From Thermoplasmata archaeon (lineage in GTDB: Archaea > Thermoplasmatota > Thermoplasmata > Lutacidiplasmatales > UBA184): a stretch of DNA of 64,000 bases. The first letter of the stretch is position 1; each line of letters opens with the position of its first letter. The notes below the pieces were generated by a model. It was not told where the DNA came from. It saw only the letters and a list, made by a program, of their open reading frames with translations, and searched no databases. The stretch is from positions 532,335 through 596,334 of the forward strand of contig JAKASQ010000001.1 of the NCBI GenBank assembly GCA_021828195.1, read 5' to 3'. Shown here one piece after another: positions 1 to 7,983 of the stretch. The translations under genes and the position numbers were made by a program.

Positions 1-1
1 C

Positions 2-439
2 CTCACCGCGCTGTCGATCCCGGCGCCGAACTTCATCGCCCGCACGTTCTCCGGCGACCCGAGGACCCTAACGGCGGTCCTGAAGGAGGCGCTCGAGTTC
101 AACCGGGCGCACCGGGGGTTCGCGTTCATCGAGGACCTCTCCCCGTGCGTGACGTACAACGACACGTACAAGCTCTGGCGCGAGCGGGTCGTCGACGTGA
201 GCAAACTGCCCGGCTACGATCCGTCGGACCGCAAGGCGATGTTCCGGCTCTGCATGGAGACGATGGATTCCGGGAAGATCCCGATCGGCGTGATGCACCG
301 CCCCGCGGAGGGCGCCCCACTCGACCCCGCGCTGGAAACACGGGTGCTCCCAGCGGGCGCTCTCGGACCGGCCCGGACCGAGATCGAGATCGAGCCGAAC
401 ATGGCGGCGTACGCGAAGCTCCTGCGGAGCGTCGCGTAG
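2..439 (+). CDS. 2-oxoacid:ferredoxin oxidoreductase (KOR/POR/VOR family) beta subunit, C-terminal fragment truncated by window edge
   Basis: Frame 2 reads from the window edge: LTALSIPAPNFIARTFSGDP...FAFIEDLSPCVTYNDTYKLW. The EDLSPC(V/P)T motif is typical of TPP-binding beta subunits. The stop codon TAG lies at 437-439. Confidence 0.6.
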   Translation, partial: LTALSIPAPNFIARTFSGDPRTLTAVLKEALEFNRAHRGFAFIEDLSPCVTYNDTYKLWRERVVDVSKLPGYDPSDRKAMFRLCMETMDSGKIPIGVMHRPAEGAPLDPALETRVLPAGALGPARTEIEIEPNMAAYAKLLRSVA

Positions 440-481
440 GGACCGCATCTTCTTTGGGCTCACGGGGTCTCCGCCCGCGCG

Positions 482-1813
482 ATGTGGATCGGCATCGACG
501 ACACGGACAGCCCCCGAGGAGGGTGCACGACGCACGCTCTGACCGAGGTCGTCCGCGTCGCCCGCGACCTCGGCGTGGACCCGATCGGCGACCCGCGTCT
601 GGTCCGCCTCAATCCCAACATCCCCTTCAAGACCCGCGGCAACGCCGCGCTCAGCGCCCGCTTCGGCATCGGGCGAGGTCGTCGCCGGCGCTGCGGGTCG
701 ATCGATGGACGCGCGGTGTGGGCCTACGAACGGGGGGCCCGGCTCTCGCCGACGCTCGCGAACGATCTAGTCGACGCGGCGTGGAAGGCGGTGCTCGATT
801 CCTCGCGGGTCGGTGAGGTCGGCACGGATCCGGCGTTGGTCGCCTCGACGCGACGATTGCCGTCGTCGCTGTACTGGACCGCGGTCCGCAGTGTCGTGCA
901 TGTGGACGACGTGCGAGCGACGCTGAACGATCTGGGAGCCACGGTGCGGATCCACGGGGACGATCTCGGCGTGGTCGGAGCCGCGGCGAGCGTCGCCTGG
1001 CCCGAGACCCACCCGACCTGGGAACTTCTCGCGTACCGCGACCCGGAACACGGCTCGCTCCAACGCGAGGTCGACGCCGGATCGGTCCGGGAGGCTCAGC
1101 GCCAGTATCCGGACCTATTCCTGTGTACCGATCCCGCGACCCGACGACTCCTCATCGCCCCGCACACGCCCTGCCCGATCCTCTTCGGGCTGCGTTCGCG
1201 TCGGCGGGGAGCGCCGCTGCGTGCCCTCGCGACGGTCCGCTCCGAGCCGGTGGAACGCTGGATGCTCTTCTGCACCAATCAAGGGACGGGCGACCACCTC
1301 CTACGGCGCCCCGCGGCCTCCCTCGGCCCGTACGAGAGTGGACGCGTGGAAGGGTTCGTGGGGGGCGTTCCGACCACGCTACGGGGTGGCCACGTTCGTT
1401 TCCCAATCGTGGACGCGGACGGGACGGAACTCGTATGCATGGCGTTCGAACCGACGAAGACCCTGCCGGCGGTGGGCCGCTCGCTTCGGCCCGGCGATCG
1501 CGTGAGGGTCTGGGGAGGGCGCGCGGGCGACGCGACGTTCCGTATCGAGGGCATCGAGATCCTCACGCGTCGCGAAGTTGCGGGGAGATCCCGAGCGCCG
1601 CGTTGCCCGGAGTGCGAGCGCCGCGCGCGCTCGCTCGGTACGGCCCGCGGCTATCGATGCCCGGGCTGCCACGCCCGCTGGCCTCCCGAAGCCGCGCGAC
1701 GCGACGTGGTCCGGCCCGAGTTTCCGGCCGGGGTCTACCATCCGACGCCGTCCGCGCGCCGGCACCTTGCCCCGCTTGGCCCCGAGAGCCTGCCTCCGCT
1801 TCCCAATACATAA
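482..1813 (+). CDS. tiaS: tRNA(Ile2) 2-agmatinylcytidine synthetase TiaS
   Basis: The N-terminus MWIGIDDTDSPRGGCTTH is the hallmark of archaeal TiaS. A C-terminal Cys-rich zinc ribbon is present (CPECERR...CPGC). Length is 443 aa. Confidence 0.85.
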   Translation: MWIGIDDTDSPRGGCTTHALTEVVRVARDLGVDPIGDPRLVRLNPNIPFKTRGNAALSARFGIGRGRRRRCGSIDGRAVWAYERGARLSPTLANDLVDAAWKAVLDSSRVGEVGTDPALVASTRRLPSSLYWTAVRSVVHVDDVRATLNDLGATVRIHGDDLGVVGAAASVAWPETHPTWELLAYRDPEHGSLQREVDAGSVREAQRQYPDLFLCTDPATRRLLIAPHTPCPILFGLRSRRRGAPLRALATVRSEPVERWMLFCTNQGTGDHLLRRPAASLGPYESGRVEGFVGGVPTTLRGGHVRFPIVDADGTELVCMAFEPTKTLPAVGRSLRPGDRVRVWGGRAGDATFRIEGIEILTRREVAGRSRAPRCPECERRARSLGTARGYRCPGCHARWPPEAARRDVVRPEFPAGVYHPTPSARRHLAPLGPESLPPLPNT

Positions 1814-1838
1814 GTACGCAGGGGCCGCTCCGCGGAGC

Positions 1839-3140
1839 ATGCCATTCGCTCCGCTTCGAGGGTTCCGGGACTACGTCCCTCCTGAGGCCGGCGCCCGATC
1901 GGAACTGATGCGACGGATGCGGGCGAGCGCCCGCCGGTGCGGCTTCTCCGAGCTCGAGACTCCGAGCGTCGAGCCGCTCGATCTGTACAAGGTCAAGAGC
2001 GGCGAGGAGATCACCCGGGAGGTCTGGGCGTTCCAGGACAAGGGCGGTCGCGATGTCGCGCTCGCTCCGGAGACGACCCCGTCGCTCGCCCGGATCTACG
2101 CGGAGCGGGCGAAGTCCGAGCCCCTGCCCGTCAAGTGGTTCACGGTCCAGAAGCTCTGGCGCTACGAAGAACCCCAGGCCGGGAGGACCCGAGAGTTCTC
2201 CCAGCTCAATTTCGACATCCTCGGCGTGGGGGGCGTCGAGGCCGAAGTCGAGACGCTCGCCTCGGCCGCGCTCGCTCTCGACGAAGCCGGCGCGGCCGGG
2301 CTCTATGCGTTCCGGATCAACGATCGACCCCTCGCGGAGGGGCTCGGACGTCACTTCGGAGCCTCGGACGTGGCGGCGTACTTCCGCACGGTCGACCGTT
2401 ATCGGAAGTCCTCGGCGAAGGAGTTCCTCGCGAGCCTCGAATCCGCCGGGATCGCCCCCGGCCGCACCGCCGAGCTCACCGCACTGTTCGCCTCGGTCGG
2501 AGCCGGTATCCTGCCGGTGGACCTGCCCGCATTCTTCGACCGCATCGAGGCCCTGGGACTCGAGGAGGGGGCCCGGGCCGGCGTCGCACGGATCCGCGCG
2601 CTCATGCGATTGTGCGAACCAGCCGGGATCGCGGACCGCGTCGTCTTCGATCCGACCGTGGTCCGGGGCCTCGCGTACTACACGAGCACGGTCTTCGAAG
2701 CGTACGCGAAGGATGCGAGCCTGCGGGCGCTGTTCGGCGGGGGACGCTACGACCGGCTGATCGAGCTGTTCGGCGGACCGGCGACTCCGGCCTGCGGGCT
2801 CGCGATCGGGGACCAGACCCTCGAGCTCCTGTTGAAGGAGCACGGCCGCTGGCCGGAAGGCGAACCCCCCCTCGACACGTACGTGGTAACGGTATCGACG
2901 GAGTTCCTGCCGGATGCGATCCGCCTCGTCCGGGAGCTCCGGCTCGCGGGGGTCTCGGCGGATACCGATCTATTGGGGCGCTCGATGTCCCGGCAGCTCA
3001 AGGAGGCGGCGCGCCAGCGTGCCCGCCGTGCCCTGATCCTCGGGCCGCAGGAGGCGTCTCGTGGCGCGGTCGTGGAGCGTGACCTCGCGACGGGGGACCA
3101 GCGGGAGATCCCGCGGGACGAGGCTGCACGACCGGCGTGA
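1839..3140 (+). CDS. hisS: histidine--tRNA ligase
   Basis: Internal ATG at 1839, 25 nt after the tiaS stop. The product starts MPFAPLRGFRDYVPPE, with class II aaRS motifs and an anticodon-binding C-terminus. Length is 433 aa. Confidence 0.9.
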   Translation: MPFAPLRGFRDYVPPEAGARSELMRRMRASARRCGFSELETPSVEPLDLYKVKSGEEITREVWAFQDKGGRDVALAPETTPSLARIYAERAKSEPLPVKWFTVQKLWRYEEPQAGRTREFSQLNFDILGVGGVEAEVETLASAALALDEAGAAGLYAFRINDRPLAEGLGRHFGASDVAAYFRTVDRYRKSSAKEFLASLESAGIAPGRTAELTALFASVGAGILPVDLPAFFDRIEALGLEEGARAGVARIRALMRLCEPAGIADRVVFDPTVVRGLAYYTSTVFEAYAKDASLRALFGGGRYDRLIELFGGPATPACGLAIGDQTLELLLKEHGRWPEGEPPLDTYVVTVSTEFLPDAIRLVRELRLAGVSADTDLLGRSMSRQLKEAARQRARRALILGPQEASRGAVVERDLATGDQREIPRDEAARPA

Positions 3141-3882
3141 GCCCCTCCAACTGATCGGCGTCCCACAGGAGGATCCCGGGGGGAGACTCGCCCTCCTCGA
3201 TGTACCCGTACCAGTACACGACCGCGCCCTCTCCGAATATCTCGGTGTACGGTCCGAGCTGGCGTTTGAGGTTCTTACGCAGCTCCACGTCGTCGCCGAA
3301 GTTCGCTTTCGATTCGATCCAGGTGATCTTCTGGCCGAGGAAGACGATCGGGTCATCGAGGAGCGCGTCCGGGGTCTTTTGGAACTTGCCGCGAAGGTCC
3401 TTCTCCGTCCGATACCCGATCCCGTGCTTCTCGAGCCACCGGTACAGGCGTTCCTCGCCCTTGATGCCACGCTCCCGCTGGAGCTCCATGCCGCGCGGCG
3501 AGTAAATCATGTCGGCCGAGAGGAGCTCCTCGACCTCGTGCCGCAGGCGCGCGTCGGGAGCCGACTCGGGGTGCAGGAACGATCCCCAAACCTGCTTGCG
3601 CGGGACCCCGAGACCCTTCATGATGATCTGGCCGGCCAGCACGGGCGGGAACCGCCACTCGTGCGAGATATCGAGCATGCTGCGGCCGCGCTTCCACTCG
3701 GAGAGCACTCGGGGCAGCTGGTGCTGGACCGGATAGAAACGGCGGGTCGCGTCCCGTGTGACCCGGTGGGTATGGATGACGAAGAGGAGCTCCTCGTCCC
3801 GATGTTCGTCGTGGGAGATGCGGTGCACATCGTCGAGCGTCGCCAGGGCGTCATACAGGCGACGGTAAGTGGGGCGGTCCAT
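2998..3882 (-). CDS. PD-(D/E)XK nuclease family protein with TPD motif (CDIN1/C15orf41-like)
   Basis: Internal ATG at 3882 with a GGAGGA Shine-Dalgarno sequence 10-15 nt upstream. The motif KTPDALLDDPIVFLGQKITWIESKANFGDD matches TPD plus D...E-x-K. The low-complexity tail overlaps the hisS 3' end in antisense. Confidence 0.45.
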   Translation of the reverse strand: MDRPTYRRLYDALATLDDVHRISHDEHRDEELLFVIHTHRVTRDATRRFYPVQHQLPRVLSEWKRGRSMLDISHEWRFPPVLAGQIIMKGLGVPRKQVWGSFLHPESAPDARLRHEVEELLSADMIYSPRGMELQRERGIKGEERLYRWLEKHGIGYRTEKDLRGKFQKTPDALLDDPIVFLGQKITWIESKANFGDDVELRKNLKRQLGPYTEIFGEGAVVYWYGYIEEGESPPGILLWDADQLEGLTPVVQPRPAGSPAGPPSRGHAPRPRHETPPAARGSGHGGHAGAPPP

Positions 3883-3940
3883 GGGAAGCCGAAAAGTCCT
3901 CCGGACGATTCGGCCGGTCCAACCGCAGTTGAGCTTAAGG

Positions 3941-4783
3941 CTATGGTCGGGGGCGTCGCGCCCCGTGCGAAGGTTCGGCGGGCCCGCGCGTCGCGCTCGC
4001 AGCTCTCCCCATTTTGGCCATCGGGGTGGGAACTCGCTTGTGGAGGTTGCGCTCCACTCGGTCGGCGATGCCGCGCACGGTCTCCAGCGTGAGCGCGGTC
4101 TCGCGCGCGATCTCCCCGACACTCTCCCCCTGCTGCAGCGCTACGAGGATCTGGTCGATCTCGGCATACCCCAGACCGAGCTCGGCCTCGTCCGTCTGAT
4201 CCGGCCAAAGGCCCGCGCTAGGGGCTCGCGCCCGGATCGGGCCGGGAAGCTCGAGCTGGGCCGCGAGGGCTCGGATCTGCGTCTTGTACAGCTCCCCGAT
4301 CGGAAGCAGGTCGACGCCACCATCCCCATGCTTCGTGAAGTATCCGAGGAGGATTTCCGATCGGTTCCCGGTGCCAAGCACCAGCCGATGCCGCTCGCGG
4401 GAGAGGGCATAGAGCGTCGTCATCCGGATCCGGGCCTTCGTGTTGCCCCAGGTGACCCGATCCGGGATGTCGGGCAACGCCGCGCGGAAGGCGTTCTCGA
4501 TGGACGTGATCCCGACGGTCTGTCGCTCGATCCCGAGCGCATCCGCGTACTGCTCGGTTTCCTTTCTCAGGGCCTCCGGGAACACCGCGTCCGGCATGAG
4601 GACTCCGAGCACGCGGTCCTTGCCGAGGGCGTCGGAAGCGAGGCGGGCCACGAGGGCGCTATCGATGCCCCCCGAGAGGCCCACGACGGCCCCTTCGATC
4701 CCCTCGCTCCGCACGTAGGAACGCAGAAAGGTATGGATCGTCGCCTCGGCATGCGGAGGCAGGTCCGGTACGTGAGCGCTCAC
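3941..4783 (-). CDS. nadE: NH3-dependent NAD+ synthetase
   Basis: Contains the GLSGGIDSALVARLA PP-loop and the signature ...LVLGTGNRSEILLGYFTKHGDGG...LPIGELYKTQIR. The GTG start at 4783 overlaps the upstream stop as GTGA. Confidence 0.85.
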   Translation of the reverse strand: MSAHVPDLPPHAEATIHTFLRSYVRSEGIEGAVVGLSGGIDSALVARLASDALGKDRVLGVLMPDAVFPEALRKETEQYADALGIERQTVGITSIENAFRAALPDIPDRVTWGNTKARIRMTTLYALSRERHRLVLGTGNRSEILLGYFTKHGDGGVDLLPIGELYKTQIRALAAQLELPGPIRARAPSAGLWPDQTDEAELGLGYAEIDQILVALQQGESVGEIARETALTLETVRGIADRVERNLHKRVPTPMAKMGRAASATRGPAEPSHGARRPRP

Positions 4784-5802
4784 GCCTCGACCCCTACCGG
4801 CTCGAGGGAGCGTACGGTCTCCCAGTTCGCCCGGCAGCCGCAATCGAGCTCGCGCAAGGGCTCGAACACCTGGGTGAGCGAGGCGCGCTGGATCGCGGCG
4901 AGGACCCGTCGATCGCATCGACCGCAGTTGTGCGGCCCGCGCGCGAGACCGCCCGCTGTAGGGAAGGAGACAAGCCGAGCCGAACCGCGCCGAGCCGCTC
5001 CCTCGACCATCGACTCGACCACGCTCCACAGCCACGGTGGCCGGTAGCGCCGACGATGGTAGAGCCACTCGACCACGGTGCCGTTCTGGATGTGGACCGG
5101 ATTGATGGACATGGCATCGAAGTGGGCCCGGGCGGCCGCGACCGAGGCGACCACGTCGGCGATGGCTTCGCCCTCTCCGAGGTACGGGGGCTTGAGGAGG
5201 AGATACGCCTTCGCGTGCATCCCAGCGGCTCGCACCCGGTCCCCCGCGGCGAAGTACTCCTCGGGCGACGAGCCCTTGTTGATGAGCCGAGAGAGCACGT
5301 CCGCGTTGGCACTCTCCAGACCGAGGGCCACCTCGATCTCCCCGGGGAAGGCCTCGGAGAGCGGCGCGAGAACCTCCGGCCTCGTGAACTCCGGGAGCGT
5401 CTCGAACAGGAAGCGGCGGGCCTTGCCGGCGAACGCGCCCAGGATTTCTCGTCGGCTCTCGGGGTCGACCTCGCGGTCATCGAGGAAGCTTCCCGAGGTG
5501 TACACCTTGACGTAGGGCTCGCCCCGGTACCGGTCGATCGCAGCGTGGAGCTGGTGCGCGAGCTCGTCGGGCGTGGCCGAGCGGCCGAGCGTATCCTTCG
5601 CGTAGCCACACATCGAGCAGCCCTTGACGTCGGCCCAGTAGCAGCCGCGCGTCTTCAGGATCAGCACGAACGCGCGGACCTCCTCGCGGCCGAGGGCCTC
5701 GGCCTCCACCCATTGGTTGACGAACCGGCGGGCCGCATCGGGCTCGGCCGGCCCCGGGCGTCGCTCGTCGGCGACCGAGCGGGCGATCGATCGCGCGCTC
5801 AC
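4780..5802 (-). CDS. archaeosine biosynthesis radical SAM protein RaSEA (TIGR01210-family radical SAM)
   Basis: Cys cluster GCYWADVKGCSMCGY and an archaeal radical-SAM fold, 340 aa. The GTG start at 5802 overlaps the rbkR stop as GTGA. Confidence 0.55.
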   Translation of the reverse strand: MSARSIARSVADERRPGPAEPDAARRFVNQWVEAEALGREEVRAFVLILKTRGCYWADVKGCSMCGYAKDTLGRSATPDELAHQLHAAIDRYRGEPYVKVYTSGSFLDDREVDPESRREILGAFAGKARRFLFETLPEFTRPEVLAPLSEAFPGEIEVALGLESANADVLSRLINKGSSPEEYFAAGDRVRAAGMHAKAYLLLKPPYLGEGEAIADVVASVAAARAHFDAMSINPVHIQNGTVVEWLYHRRRYRPPWLWSVVESMVEGAARRGSARLVSFPTAGGLARGPHNCGRCDRRVLAAIQRASLTQVFEPLRELDCGCRANWETVRSLEPVGVEA

Positions 5803-6506
5803 GACTCCTCGACCTCGACGCGGACGTCCATCGCATCCTTCAGATGCAACGTCTCCCGGAGCGATTCGGGGGCGACGAATTCGACGACATCCTCGTAGTG
5901 GGTCCGATCCGGCCGAATGAGATGACAGGGATGCTCGTTGAGCCGGGCCACGTAGCAGGTCGCGCCGCCGAAGGTCCGGTCGCCGGCCTGGAAGCCGTCG
6001 ATTCGGATCCCGGACCAGTGGCGCACGAACCCGATCTGGCGACGGGTCCCGGCTTCGATGCGAACATTGAGCGTGCCGGGAAACGGACCATATCCGAGGC
6101 GGGAGGGAAACTGCTGGGCGTATCCCGGCTGGGAGAGGTAGTAGCGACCCTCCCCGAGACCGGAGGTGACCACTCCCCGGAAGGAAATCCGCGCCGGGCC
6201 GTCGAAGATGCGGTGGTAGACGTGGTACTCCGCTCGCAGGGCGTCGATCCCTGCGGAGGTGAGCGCGAGCTTCGGCCGTCGCCCCACCAGGGTCCGGGTG
6301 AGATAACCGCGCTTCTCCAGCGCGACGAGGTAGCGGTCGGCGGCCTGCTGACTCGCTCCGATCTTCTCACCGACCTCGCGCGAGGTCAATTCGAGCGGGG
6401 CACGGTCGGCGCCCGCAAGCCCGAGCTGCTTGAGGACGGCGAGCTCCTCTCCCTTCGAACGGAGACGGGAGCGCTCCCGATCGCTCGAGGGGGTCCCTGC
6501 GCTCAC
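5799..6506 (-). CDS. ribK: bifunctional HTH regulator / CTP-dependent riboflavin kinase (RbkR-type, MJ0056 family)
   Basis: An N-terminal wHTH (LAVLKQLGLAG...EVGEKIGASQQAADRYLVALEKRGYLTR) is fused to the archaeal riboflavin kinase domain (PGTLNV...GATCYVARL). The GTG start at 6506 overlaps the upstream stop as GTGA. Confidence 0.75.
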   Translation of the reverse strand: MSAGTPSSDRERSRLRSKGEELAVLKQLGLAGADRAPLELTSREVGEKIGASQQAADRYLVALEKRGYLTRTLVGRRPKLALTSAGIDALRAEYHVYHRIFDGPARISFRGVVTSGLGEGRYYLSQPGYAQQFPSRLGYGPFPGTLNVRIEAGTRRQIGFVRHWSGIRIDGFQAGDRTFGGATCYVARLNEHPCHLIRPDRTHYEDVVEFVAPESLRETLHLKDAMDVRVEVEES

Positions 6507-6745
6507 GGTGCTTTCGCCGGCATCCGTCCCGGCGCGTAAAGGCTCGTCACGCTGGAGCCACGAACGATCAGGCGACCGAGACGACGCGTCCGCTCCGCGG
6601 TCGTCTCCTCGGAGTGGTCGAGGACGACGTTGAGATGCTCGTCCATGCCGAGGAGCTCGCCCGAGATCGTGCGCCCGTCCTTCAGGACGAGCGAGACGCG
6701 CTGGTGGAGCGCCTGCTCCAGGACCTGGGACGGACCGGTCGCCAT
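6503..6745 (-). CDS. Sm-like (LSm/SmAP) RNA-binding protein
   Basis: Sm1/Sm2 motifs: VSLVLKDGRTISGELLGMDEHLNVVLDHSEE...RLGRLIVRGSSV. The ATG at 6745 gives 80 aa. An alternative TTG start at 6799 would add 18 aa. Confidence 0.7.
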   Translation of the reverse strand: MATGPSQVLEQALHQRVSLVLKDGRTISGELLGMDEHLNVVLDHSEETTAERTRRLGRLIVRGSSVTSLYAPGRMPAKAP

Positions 6746-6831
6746 CGCCGACAGGAGTGGGGGAGCTTCCTTAACCTTTCCCGGAACGCGCTCTGGCAAA
6801 GCGATATCCTGGCGTACCTCCGTCGCGCCGT

Positions 6832-7968
6832 ATGGTCAAGAACATCGCAACGGCGAAGGGGCTGGCCGGGGTAGTCGTCGGCTCGAGCCGGATCAGCGAC
6901 GTCGGAGGCGAGGCGGGGACGCTCGTCTACCGCGGCTTCAACGTGCGAGAACTCGTGCCCGGAACGCCGTACGAATCGGTCGTCCATCTGCTCCTGTTCG
7001 GCGATCCGCCATCGGAGGACCCGTCCCGACGGATCTCGGAGGCGCTCGCGGCGGCCCGCGCCTTGCCCCCGGCGCTCGCCGAGGCGGCGGACGCAATCCC
7101 CGCCGGAGGGCCTCCATTGGAAGCGATGCGGACCCTCCTATCGATGATGGGAGATGGCACGTACAGGTACCCCCCGACGCTCGAGCAAGGGTACGAGCTC
7201 ATCGCGCGGCTTCCCGTGCTGCTCACTCGATATCTACGCCGATCGCGGGGCGAAGACCCGATCGATCCCCGGCCCGGACTCGGCCAGGTCGCGAACTACC
7301 TCGCCATGCTGCACGGTACGGATCCGGATCCGGCCCACGTTCGAGCCCTGACGGGTTACTTCGATCTCCTTGCGGACCATGGAATGAACCCGTCGACGTT
7401 CGCCCTCACGATCGGGATCTCAACCCAGACGGACCTCATCAGCGCAGCGGTCGCCGCGCTCTCGGTGCTGAAGGGCCCGCTGCACGGAGGCGCTCCTAGC
7501 CTCGTCGTCCAGATGCTGGATGCCGTGGGCACCGCGGACCGCGCGGAGACCTACGTCGCAGAACAACTCGAGCACCGACGTCTCCTCTACGGGTTCGGTC
7601 ACCGGGTGTACAAGGTCGAAGATCCTCGGGCGGTCCTGCTGCACCAGCTCGCTCGGGACGTCGCCGATCCCGCGCGCGTCCATCTCGCCGAGGCGGTGGA
7701 GCGCGGCGCGTTGGAGGCTCTCCACCGGGCGCGGCCGGGAGCTCGGATCTACACGAACGTGGAGTACTACAGCGCGGTCGTGCTCGAGGCGGTGGGGATC
7801 CCGCGCGACTGCATGACCCCGACCTTCGCGCTCGCCCGAACGGCGGGCTGGGTCGCCCACGCGCTCGAGCAAGCCGCGGACAACCGGGTGATCCGTCCCG
7901 ACGTTCGCTACGAGGGACCCGGGAGCGGACGGACCTGGCCCCGCCCGCGTGACGCGGGCGGGCCATAG
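6832..7968 (+). CDS. gltA: citrate synthase
   Basis: The motif GFGHRVYKVEDPRA and other citrate synthase signatures are present. Length is 378 aa. Confidence 0.85.
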   Translation: MVKNIATAKGLAGVVVGSSRISDVGGEAGTLVYRGFNVRELVPGTPYESVVHLLLFGDPPSEDPSRRISEALAAARALPPALAEAADAIPAGGPPLEAMRTLLSMMGDGTYRYPPTLEQGYELIARLPVLLTRYLRRSRGEDPIDPRPGLGQVANYLAMLHGTDPDPAHVRALTGYFDLLADHGMNPSTFALTIGISTQTDLISAAVAALSVLKGPLHGGAPSLVVQMLDAVGTADRAETYVAEQLEHRRLLYGFGHRVYKVEDPRAVLLHQLARDVADPARVHLAEAVERGALEALHRARPGARIYTNVEYYSAVVLEAVGIPRDCMTPTFALARTAGWVAHALEQAADNRVIRPDVRYEGPGSGRTWPRPRDAGGP

Positions 7969-7983
7969 GGCGTCGCGCTCGGC

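Noticed and set aside
1563-2843. 426-aa ORF on the minus strand antisense to hisS. Many similar long antisense or alternative-frame ORFs exist, for example 16866-18041, 17933-19405, 18694-20412, 19962-21059, 22180-23337, 26687-27994, 34957-36684 and 59871-62756.
   Set aside because: The products are Arg/Pro/Gly/Ala-rich, low in complexity and lacking domain similarity. They sit opposite well-supported genes. They are the expected stop-codon-poor artefacts of a roughly 68% GC genome.
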